From Paraspadella gotoi (Eukaryota > Animalia > Chaetognatha): DNA of 64,000 bases. The notes beneath the pieces were generated by a model, which saw only the letters and a list, made by a program, of their open reading frames with translations, did not search any database and was not told the origin of the DNA. The stretch covers positions 1,183,554-1,247,553 of the forward strand of contig CM119266.1 of assembly GCA_051294375.1 (NCBI GenBank), given 5' to 3'. This document shows, in pieces, positions 1 through 15,335 of the stretch (positions within the stretch are counted from its first letter, which is position 1; each line of letters opens with the position of its first letter). The translations under genes and the position numbers were made by a program.

Positions 1-477
1 ATGGTCAGGTCTCCCTTCTTTCTCTTTCGTCTCACTTAATAGCACCGCCATTATAAATTTACAATTTACAATTTACTTAATACGATCTCTGAATAATTAT
101 TTTCATTTTCATTTCGTTTAAAAATCTTCATATATAACGATTATTCCTATGAACTGAACTGAAGAGAGTATTATTTGTAAAAAAAAGAACAAAAAAAATG
201 TAATATTAAACTTTAATATTACATTTTTTTTGTTCTTTTTTTTTAATTTAAAGCTAAGGCTAAGTTCTTAGGGACGCGGGAATGTTGAAAGGCCACCCGA
301 AAAAGGGGATAGAACGGGAAGGAAAAGGAAATAAAGACAAGTATTAAAGAAAACGACGTCATTTTTAAGTAAATAGATGTCATCGTATTTTTTGAATCAT
401 TAATTCCGTCTCTGGTTAAAAAAGTAGCTAATTTCAATATGAAAGGGAGCGATTGCGGGAGAGAGGAGGGAGGGAGG

Positions 478-553
<76 letters not shown>

Positions 554-876
554 CAAAATATTCATTTTGATAGAACTTTTTTGTTGGTCTTATGCCAATT
601 TTTAATTTTTAACACCAGACTGACAAGAAATTATTGATACTGAAAAGCATGATTAAACTTTAATCGTGACTGATTGACTCGGTAATTGCCTAAATTATCT
701 TACAAACGCATTTTGCATTCCTAGAAAACGAGTAAACTTCTCCACATCCTCCTTTCGCAAAACTTAAGTCTTTAGGCAAACATTTAATTTTCTGGATTTT
801 GCGCGAGAAAGAGAGAAAGAAACATACTCTCGTTTTTTTCACATCCTCCTTTGCATCGTATTATCTCTCTCTCTTC

Positions 877-939
<63 letters not shown>

Positions 940-1570
940 CTCTGTCTCTCTCTCTCTCTCTCTCAGTCCACCTTAGTTCCTGCCTGAGTCGTCGCTTTAT
1001 TTGTAAAAAGATGAAAGTTTGAGAGATAAAAGCGAATGACGCAAAACTGTGAGTGTGAATGATTCACTGTGAATGAAGAGGCGATATTGTTATCGTTGTT
1101 GATGTCACCCACGTCATCGTCGTCGCGCGAGAAAGAGGACGTAACTCGAGGTATAAAGAGGACGGTCGGGTCAAGACGGACTTAAATCGAGTTAAACCGA
1201 AACAGAAACTTTGCTCAAACAGACTCCTACAAATATTGAAAAAAAAAAACAACAAAACAAAAGATACTAAAAAAAAACGTAAAAAAATAGTAACTGTTAT
1301 ACAAATTTACGAAGCTCAGGGAGCAAAACGAAAGAAAAACCCCCAAGACCTCAAGAAGAAAAAAAGTACCTCGAAACAAATAAAACCGATTTTTTTTTAC
1401 TCACTCTCTCACCCTCTCTCTCTCTCTCTCTCTCTGCTATAAAAAGAAACTTGTCTCTCCCTCTCACTCTCTCTCAATCCGATAAATTTCTCACACTGAC
1501 TCCGCAGGCGGAAAAAAATAATAAAATAAATTTTCCATTTAAAAACCCAATTAACTTTTTTCTTAACTGC

Positions 1571-5796
<4,226 letters not shown>

Positions 5797-6293
5797 AACG
5801 AATGATAACAACATGTTACGTTTAAACTTCTCGATTCTAATTCTGAACAAAGAATGAAAATTAATATCTAGTTATGATATTATCGGTATCAAAACCGGAA
5901 TAATCGGCACTTTTTAATTTCCTACCCGCCACGAGGATTGTGGATTAGCTTTGAAAAGCTCGTTTCATTATCCTCTTGGACCACCTACGGATTAGCGGAG
6001 CTTAGATTTAGAACTCAAAAGTAATAAACCCGTTGAACAGGTAAGAAAACGCGCCGACAAGTGTTGCAGCAAAGGCTAAATTGGAAAATAAAATAATATT
6101 TTCCAACTTTCAGTTTTTAAAAGCTTAAGTTAAGGTCAGCGATATTACCTTAACAATCACACTAACGTGCAATATTAAAGATTAAGCTTTTCTCATTTCA
6201 TGGAAGGAAACTTTCCTTGATTTTTCTGAGCCAAAAAAATTACCACGCGACAATATTATATATAATTATTTTTATTTCTTCGAAGCTCCTACA

Positions 6294-7520
6294 ATGAATC
6301 GCCATCTCCTGAGGTGAGTTCTGGGTTAGAGTAATGTACTACTACTTCAAAGCAATGATTTCTCCACACCCTCCTCATTTTAAGGTTTTCTTTCACGCGC
6401 GAGTTGATTTTCGCTTCTCGTAGACAAATTCACGGCGGTGAGTGTGAGCCTGTCTTTGCGCGTGCGAGATGTGAGAAATCAATGTGAGAAATCAACGCGT
6501 GACTTTGACGAGTGAATTTGATTGTTCAGATCGACGCGAAAAATCTCCCGCGATCGGAATTTTGACTCAGACGACGAAAAGAAAAATGATTCGTTTGGGA
6601 GATCAATTTTTTCCTGGTACAACAAATTGATTTGTCATGATTCGTTTAATTTTGAATTATTTATTAAAAGAATAGTAACCGAGTTTTTATATCAATAAAT
6701 TACAATCGCCAAAAATCTCCTGCCACTTCATTTCAACTCGAATCACACAACTCACGCGCCTTTCACCAAAGCCTCCTACGTGAAGTGGTTGGAGTCGGCG
6801 GGAGCTCACGTGATTCCGGTGAAGGTGAACCAGTCAAGCGCTTATTACGAGCGCCTATTCGGCTTTCTAAACGGAATTCTACTGCCAGGTGCTTCCAATC
6901 CCGAGATATAATTTATTTGCATGTATGGCGCAAAAGCTAAAATCTATTTTCATACGAACACTAATAGAAATTAAATACATATTGAATTAACTGAAAATTT
7001 AAGCAGGCCTTTCTTCTTCAATAAATGATTTTTTTTCTTAAATCAGTTAGCCCTTTGTTTTATTTTCATAGCCATTTGCTTTTTTTTCCTACAGGAGGCG
7101 CTCAAAACCTTACGGATAGCGGGTACGCCATCGTTTCAAACTGGTTCCTCGAGCGATCGAAAGCGGCCCTCGATCAGGAAAACGACTATTTTCCAATCTG
7201 GGGAACTTGTCTCGGCTTCGAACAACTGCTCGTCATCGCCGGACAAGTCCGAAGCCACGAACTTGACCTGTGAGTGGAGCCGAGGCAGCAGGGAGGAGGA
7301 TAGCACAGTCTTGTCTTTTTAAAAGTTACTGAATGACGAGTGTGCCTGGTGTGCATCGTGTGTCTACTTTACGATCATATTATAACCTCCTAACGTTTTA
7401 TTTCCTTTTGTTATAAATGAAAACAGTGTGAAAAACATATTTTTAAATATTTTTATTACTATCTTCCTTTTTTTCGTTTTTTCACGCTTTCGTTCTATAT
7501 TTCCTTCTTTCTGTCAATCT

Positions 7521-7606
<86 letters not shown>

Positions 7607-9752
7607 TTCCTACCCCCTCCTTCCACCAGCTGCGCCGGCACCAAGACGTATGTCTTCCCTCAAATTCACCCCGAACTCTCCGTCGCGTCTCCTGACGGGC
7701 GGTTTGAAGCCGGAGACGCTCGTTACCATGGCGACGGAAGGCGTGGCGCCTCACTTCAACAAGTGGGGCTTCTACAGGTCGCGATTCGAGAAGAACGACG
7801 TCTTGAAGGATTTTTTCGAGATCGTGGCGACGGTGGAGGACGAGGAAGGAAACGATGTCGTCACTTTCGTCGAGTCAAAGAGATATCCAGTTTATGGTGG
7901 GTGAAGTGAAGAGTGGGAAGAGTGAAAAGTGGGTGAAGTGAAGAGAAGGGAAGAGTGAGAAGTGGGTGAAGTGAAGAGAAGTAGGAGTCTACGTCGTTCT
8001 TAGAAATCGAGGAAGACTTTATCAATGGAGATTTTCATTAAAATCTGACTACCAAATAATGTCAACGCCCCTGGGAAAAATTCAGGTAAAAATCAGATGT
8101 AAAAACACTCAATTCCGATCCTGTTACATCTCAAGGGCTCGCATTTTTTTTCTCTTGACAATTAACCATCATTTTGACATCAAACCATCAGATTCAAATA
8201 GACTGGTCAGCTCGGGAAAATATTTTTGACGCAATTTTTATATATAAAATAAAGGGATTTCTCAACTTCAATACAATGTCAACGCATTTAAGGTATGTTG
8301 TCATTTTACAATAAACTTCAAATTCAGGAATCCGATAGCAATATGTCTGAAGGGCTCTCAAAATTTTTCTTCACATTTTATTTGGTTATTTTAACATGAT
8401 ACGATCATGGTAAAGTGAATTAGTCCATTTTGGTGAAATTTTTATTTAAAGTAAAAGTAAAAGAGGAGCTAACGATCGGAATTCTAAGAGTTTTCAACCG
8501 GGATTCAAAAAAAATCTTATATGGCGAAAATCTTCCAAAGAAGGGGTGGATTTTCCGAAGATTTTGGTTAATATTTTCTATATTTATGGTCGGATTTTTT
8601 TGAAACTTAACAATAGCAATATTGCCATCAATCTACATTGTCCGGTCAAAGAATATATTAAAAAAACCTCTGACTTTTTTCGTCAGAGCTTAGTCCTAAG
8701 AGAAGGGAAGAGTGAGAAGTGAGAGGAAAAGTGAGAGGAGAAGTGAGGACAAAGGAGAGTGATGAGGTAGTGTTTTATTGTTTGTCACTTCTAACATCCT
8801 CGTGTCAAATTACAGGGAGGTCCAGGACTAATGGGACTAACTTCAAGTCCTTACAGCACAAAAACGGTTTATGTCTTGAAAATCCAACAGTAACTACTGT
8901 AATTCAAGCTTTTTGCATAACATGTCAAATTTCTTCGCGCTGCTTCCTTACAAAATTTAGGGAAAATTTGGCGAAAATCAAGATGAAGGATAATGACTTC
9001 TGACTTTTGGCCGGGCAGATTTTCGGACTTCAAATCCCCTGATTGATGAAAATGTAGGATACTGAAGCTGAATGTACCACGCATCCCCTGTAGAACTGTC
9101 GACCTTCTGACAGCAACAATAGTGATAGAAATGACAGCATTCCCAACGGGCGCGGTCCTAAAAGCATTTCCTGCCTTATCCGAGTAATTAGAGATTAGAG
9201 AAGGTCATGGTTACCGAAAGTGAATCTTTTTAATTGATTGTGTTTCTTTACAACATTTTACAAGTGTACCAAGTTTCATTCATTTTTTTTATTTACCTTT
9301 CCAAACGATTTTTTTAAAGTTAGTACCTAAAGAGCCCGACCTCCCTGTATATGTTTACATTTGATATATTGACACCTATTTCAATTGGTTTGGTTACAAT
9401 TTAAAATTTTAAATTAAAAAAACTAAAATTAGAAAACACTGTAACCTTGCTCCAACCCACCACCCCAGCCAACCAATTCCACCCCGAGAAAGTGGCCTTC
9501 GAGCACGGTCCTGAACTCAACATAACCCGCACTGAGACCGCGCTGCGTGCCACCCTCGATCTTGCCGCATTCTTCGTGGAAGAGGCGCGGCGGAGCAGCC
9601 ACGCCTTTCCCGACGCCGCCGCCGAACACCGCGCATCCATCCGGCGTCGCCGGCCAGTGGAGACGCTCAAGAGGATCGGGTCGGTCTACGAGGAGTGCTA
9701 CTTCTTCGACGAGGATGAGGAGGAGGAGGAGGAAGAGGAAGAGGAAGATTGA
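6294..9752 (+). CDS. GGH: Gamma-glutamyl hydrolase (peptidase C26), multi-exon
   Basis: PAIGILTQ, ASYVKWLESAGAHVIPV, NGILLPGG, DYFPIWGTCLGFEQL (catalytic Cys), ESKRYPVY, QFHPEK (His/Glu) and YEECYFF, all flanked by GT-AG sites. Confidence 0.93.
7983..8699 (+). mobile_element. ~715-bp non-autonomous element (Helitron-like 3' end), copy 1, in a GGH intron
   Basis: Near-identical inverted copy at 61005-61726. The 3' end has the hairpin CTCTGAC-N7-GTCAGAG followed by CTAA. It interrupts a GAAGTG-rich tandem repeat. Confidence 0.85.
8813..9347. mobile_element. Tc1/mariner-type MITE
   Basis: TA|CAGGGAGGTC...GACCTCCCTG|TA: imperfect ~35-bp TIRs with a TA target-site duplication; no transposase. 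Confidence 0.8.
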
Positions 9753-11404
9753 GGAATGAGAAGAACGACGAAGACGATGAATTCTGAGAGCTCTTTTTTC
9801 TAAAAACGCCCCATTTCAGTTCTTTAATCCCTAAACTTAATTATAATCTTGATATTAATCCTGATCTCATGCCAAACCCATTACCCAATCTCTAACTAGC
9901 GGTAGCCGACCAAATTCAAATTTTAATGGAACAGCAATTAAAACTAATCCATTATTATGTTATTAATTATTGTGTTAAAATATTTTTTTTGCAAAAATGT
10001 TTCCGAACCATGAGTAATTCGCTAATTATATTATTATATTTGCTATATAACAACGAAGGAAGCAGGCGTGGTTTATTAAGGGAGAAATAGGAGGAGTTTT
10101 ATTGACATAAGAACACGTTGGGATGATGATAATTAACATACAAAATATGTAGATTATGCAGAGAAAAGGCAGGCAATAAACAATATAACAAATAGTCCAT
10201 AAGGAGTTTGATGTTGTTTCTTGAAGGTAAGTTGAAGAGTGATCTAGTTCCCTCTCTCGTTTCTCTGCCGTCGGTTTCCTGAGAGAAGCCTCCTCTCTGA
10301 TTGGTTCAATCAGAATAAAAGACGGAGAGCCAAGAGAGACAAGCCACTTGATAAACCATTCTCTGCGTTGATAATGTTAAAAAAATTTTTTGGATATTTT
10401 AAGTTTTTTTAATTGATTCTGATAGAGCTTAAAAAGTTAAGCAAAAATATAATTACAACTTTTTAAAATTTTTATGTTTTATTACTAAAAATTAGTTAAA
10501 ACTGCTAAAATCATCGGATGATGATGATGATGATAATTTTTTAAGGTTTTTCTCAATTTTAACCCACTTATCATCAAAATATTGAAAAAAGAATTATACT
10601 TTGTATAGATAACTTTTCATAAGCTATTTGAATCTGCTTTTAAAAATAAAAAAATCCAAAAAAAATTTTTGACATTTCCTATCTATAAATAAATATTAAA
10701 AAATTAAATTACTAATGCTTCTTGCCATTTAGAAAATTTTGCTCCATTGAAAGTTTTCTCAGAAATGTATGAAGTTTCATTTGGAAAGGTTCCCAAATCA
10801 AACTAATTTGACCCACCCCATTGACGAAGTTTGGCTCTACTCTAACCTTAATCTTTAAGATAATTTTTAAACTCAACTTAATTCCAAATTTAAGATGAAA
10901 TGGAACAGGAGAAAATAATTCCGAGTTTTTTATCAAATGTTTATTTATTTTGACGATTTGCTGTTTTTATGGTTGTTTTATATTTTGCTCAGTCTTTTTC
11001 AATCTTTTCATAAAAAAAGAATATTTATTATCTTCAAGCAACAAAATGAGCAATCAGAAAAAAAATATATTCATGGATGACAAAAAGCTGACAAATCAAA
11101 TCCTAAAAGATCGGACTGTCAAACTTTTTAAGATTATTTCGATTGTAATCGCTGAATAATGTGGTTTTTCGGTTTTAAATTCAAGAAATAAACAATAATA
11201 AAGTCGGAATTTTTTTAACAATGGTTTGTGCAAAGTTGAACAATGACGTATAAAAAAAGGCCGATCCACTTTAGTTGCTCCATGGGACATTGTACAATGT
11301 ACAATATAAACTGACATTGTGTAAATTCTTTCTTTTCGTTGTATTAGTAGATTTGTTAAGGAAAAACGAAGGTTTTTAATTGCAAGAACAACGATTATAA
11401 AAAC

Positions 11405-11453
11405 ATAGAGACGTACATGTTTCGACTCATTGGTTCGAGTCTTCATCAGCGTT
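11405..11453 (-). ncRNA. Minimal (Penelope-type) hammerhead ribozyme motif
   Basis: Minus strand reads CUGAUGA-A-gactc(gaaccaat)gagtc-GAAAC-atgtac-GUC. Core and stem II are intact; stem I is poor. Confidence 0.6.
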
Positions 11454-11456
11454 GAT

Positions 11457-14400
11457 TCAATTTGACAGACAATTAACTTTTAAGACTTGTGTCGAAACCA
11501 AGACTAACTTGATTAATTGAAAAGCCAATGCGACTATCACCAGAGCCACCCTTCCAGAATACCACCATCGTCTGACCTTGATCCCGAGGCAAGACTCCCA
11601 GTCGACGTTGCACTTGGGCGTCGTGCAGCAACAGCGTTGTGCGTGATGTTGGCAAATGAGATTCGTGTTGGTGCAGCCAGACGCGTTGGTTTTCCTTTCA
11701 GTTTTAAGAATTTAGAAATTAGCCGAAGGACAACCGCCATAGGTACAAGAATATTAATTACCCTTGCAGCTCGTAGAAACAAGTAGGACGAAACTTCTCG
11801 TTCCCAATGCAATCGCTAAACTTGGGCTCCACGTAGGATGTCTGAGTGAAACACGTGATCTTCGTGCGGGTGTTCGGCGGAGATTTGGACAAGGCGTTGC
11901 AGGTCTGCCAGTCCACGTTGCAGGAGTCTTCCCCGCAAGCGCAGCAGGCGTTGTAGGAGCAGGTGTGGTTCTTTTTCAGGGGTGGTTTATTGATTACAAA
12001 GTGGGAGGACAAAGTCAACTATTTTTCTAAATTTCAGCTGTTTAGTTTTTATTTTATAATGATAGATGTAAAATACTACTAAGTAACTTGTTAAAGTTTT
12101 GGGGCCTTATCCAATCAAAGCTGGGGGCAAGATGGCCTATTTATAGAATGAATAGATAAATTTTACATTACCATGATGGAAAAAAAATTGTCGCGGTTTT
12201 AAATTATTGGTTAATTTCACTTTTAAATATTTTTTTTAGCAGGTAAATAGTTTTTAAACATACATACATACATACATACATACATTACGAGCTCCCTAAG
12301 ACTGAATATAAAATGATTCTTTTTCAACAGCAAAAAATTATTTAATGCATACAGATATTACCAAGAAAGGTTGTGTCTAACTTTTTTCATTTCGTTTTGA
12401 TCGAATAGGCTACTTAATGCTCAATGAGAAAATGAATTGTCTTTTACTAGAATAAAATCTTTTATTTTTATTTTTTTTCGAATCGTTTCATACTTGGTAC
12501 TGAAAAGACATCAAGAGATAAATAAAAATATTAATTTTGCTTATGGAAAGGTTACCCAGAGCTTTATGATTTTACTGAAACTTTATAATATATTCTGGAG
12601 CATCTGCAGCATTAGTGTATTTTTAATGCCGCTCTTTTTTGACATATGAATTAAGATTCATCCCTGAATCTATTCAAATGGAGATAAAGCAGCATTCATT
12701 TGACTGAGAAAAGGTAGGGGTTTTTAATCCTAATAGTTTAACAGAAAAGAATCGAAAATTAGCATATGAAAAATTAAAAGATATAAAAGATAAAAAAGCA
12801 ATTTTTTTGAACAACTGACTGTTTTTTGCTTCGTACAGTACTTTGTCGTGTATAAATGAGATACAGCTTATATAAATTATAAAAGGCTTAAGTTTCTCGA
12901 TATGTAAATTTTATTTTTCGATTCTTACATTAAAATGCCAAAAAAATGCTGGAAAGTTGCCGCGACTATTTTATTTTCTTTCATGGAAGGGGCACAAATT
13001 TTACTTCATAAAAAATAATATAAAAATTCAGACTCGGTCAGGCGCACAATGCCGGATCCCCGACGGGGCTGCCGAGGGATCATCGCTAAGGAAGTCAGAC
13101 CCAGGATTACGAATTGCCAAGACCTCCATTTTTCTTTGATCAGTCACTACCTTTTGCTTCAACATACGTTGGACTTCTAGAGTTTCAACTATATGCGGCT
13201 AAGAATCGAGAGGTTAACTTGGTGGAATTTGGTTAACCGTGGCGACATGAACAGCTGGGGAATGGCTGTCGATGTCAAACCAACCTGATGGTTCGTAACC
13301 CTGATGGAATAGGGGTCCGTAACGGTTTCCCTAGCGATGGTATGCAGGGGGGACCGACATTGATGACCTTTCGGACCAAACTCTCCCACTCGGGATTACA
13401 GCGGGGCGTAACGTCGCTGAGTGAGAGAAAGAACTTTTAGAGAGGGGTCATTTAGATGACTGATTGATAAATAGTCAAATTATCATTAACCGGAATTATA
13501 AAACCAATTAAAAATAGTTATTTATGAATTGAATAGAGATCTTAATTCAAATTTTTTTATCCATATTTGACTATTTAAAACGAGAATAAGGAAAACAATT
13601 TTACAATGGCTATCGAAAATTACCCATATGGCGCTTGTGTTATAGAAAACTCCTCGTGTAAACGATTCCGGTTTCTTAGTCCTGCAATTTTCGATTGTTC
13701 ATGAAATCAAATGAAAAATTAACTTAAATTAAAAAAAAAAAATAAATAAATAAAAGAACAATTGTTAAAAATGGCTAATAACAAATCCGTCTTGCAACTC
13801 TGCGGTTGAGGAGCAACTAACTCATTGCAAAAAAAAAAACTACCTCGTACACAGTGCATGCATTGTGCAGTGGACAACTGGACATTGCAAACAAACCCCT
13901 CACAGGCATCGTCAACCTCTCACACTCACGCGTTCAACTTTATCCTGATAAAACAGGTGGGCGGGGCCACGGCAGCCCCGATCCTTGTCGTCATCACCAC
14001 GGGCGGCAGCTCGCGACAAGTCAAGTTCATTTTTTTGTCGACGGTCCAACTTTTCTCGCACTGGGCCATGTAGTTCCAGCAATTTTTGGTATCGCAACAG
14101 CAGCAGTCGGGTGGAGGCTGAGTGGGTTGGGTGAAGTTACTTCCGAGGGAGGGGGGAGGTAGGTGGGGGGGAAGGTTGGGAAAGGAAGATAACTTTGGAA
14201 TTGGGGCCTTGTCGAAGTCTGGCAAGAAAGCTTATTTGTTAAATGAATGGATAATTTTTATATTGGTTATATTTTGACGTTAGTGTGAATTACAATAATA
14301 TTTCTAAGTCAAGTATTGAATAATAATAAAATAAGTTTTAAGAGACACCAGTGAGAGAGAAAGATTGAAGGGTTTTGATATGTTATTATCTTGTTACTAT

Positions 14401-14640
14401 CATATATTTATTTATTCTTAATCCACCGACCGTATCTCTTGCTCACATTTTGTTAGGACAGTTTTCGTAACACTCCTGTGGAGTGACGCATTTAGACAGC
14501 CAGGGGTCCATCCTTCTGACTTTGCAATAGTACTGGTTCTTTTCGTGGTCGCATGGCGTCGCTTGCCGTCCGCAGGAGGGGAGAGCGGAGATGGAGAAAA
14601 CAAAAGAACTAAGAATCGAGCAAAATACTATCAACTTCAT
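11457..14640 (-). CDS. Secreted Cys-rich protein with tandem three-finger (Ly6/uPAR-like) repeats; middle exons uncertain
   Basis: Signal peptide MKLIVFCSILSSFVFSISA (exon 14640-14447). Exons 14139-13930, ~13416-13285, 11970-11762 and 11694-11577 or longer give repeats TC..C..PTCF..GC..C..CCC..CNVDW..C. A hydrophobic C-terminus is possible, ending at TGA 11459-11457. Confidence 0.65.
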
Positions 14641-14951
14641 TTTGACCTTTTTAATCTCATCTATTTTTTAAAGAATCCAGGTCCCAAATCTACTTACATA
14701 TGCTATCTTAATGAAAAAAATGGGAAAAAATTTAACTACTTTAAACTGAAATTATTAACTATTAGCTCTGAATAAAAATACGATTTTACGAAACTTTTCG
14801 AAATTCTCTTTTATTTATTTCGAGATATAAAACTCTTTCGATCATGAAAGGTAAGTTTCATGAGATAAAACTTTCCGATTCGGCAGCGTGCTCGGCAGCG
14901 GCTATGGAAGCGTCAGCCGCAGTCGCACGGACCGATTATAATAACATCGAA

Positions 14952-14965
14952 GTATCCATGGAAAC
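14952..14965. promoter_or_regulatory. RFX X-box upstream of CFAP43
   Basis: GTATCCATGGAAAC matches the ciliary-gene X-box consensus GTHNYYATRRNAAC, ~370 bp upstream of the putative ATG. Confidence 0.7.
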
Positions 14966-15335
14966 GAAAAGCGAAAACTTTTTCGACAGAAAAAATTAAT
15001 GAATGCGAATTTATTTTTTTTTTACGATAAACATTTTAATAAACTTAAAAATCAAAACGACCCAAACATACAAAAATACAAATGAATAAAACAAAAAGCA
15101 AAATACAACAATAAGAATGAAAAAAACTTTTTAAACTTGGCAAAGCTCCGAGTTGAAAAAGAACATACATTATATATATACAATATATAACATTATAATC
15201 CAATTGGGCTCCGAACAATTTAAAAATTTTTCAAGACAATTTCGAATCAAAGACAAAAAGAAGTCGATTAAAAGTGAGGAATATGTAACTTACCCTAACC
15301 CTTTCATCGCTCGAACTACCGACCACCCAAAAACG

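Noticed and set aside
799-987. ORFs rich in SL or RE dipeptides (many in the track)
   Set aside because: Translations of (CT)n/(GA)n microsatellites.
7722-7735. X-box-like GTTACCATGGCGAC
   Set aside because: It lies inside a GGH coding exon, far from a promoter.
13845-14446. In-frame TGA codons in Cys-rich frames (KM*AR and NA*V*EV) suggesting a multi-selenocysteine protein
   Set aside because: Both sites coincide with good splice donors (AT|GTGAGC, GC|GTGAGT) whose phases match downstream acceptors. Small indels could also restore PTCFY..VRGC. No SECIS was identified.
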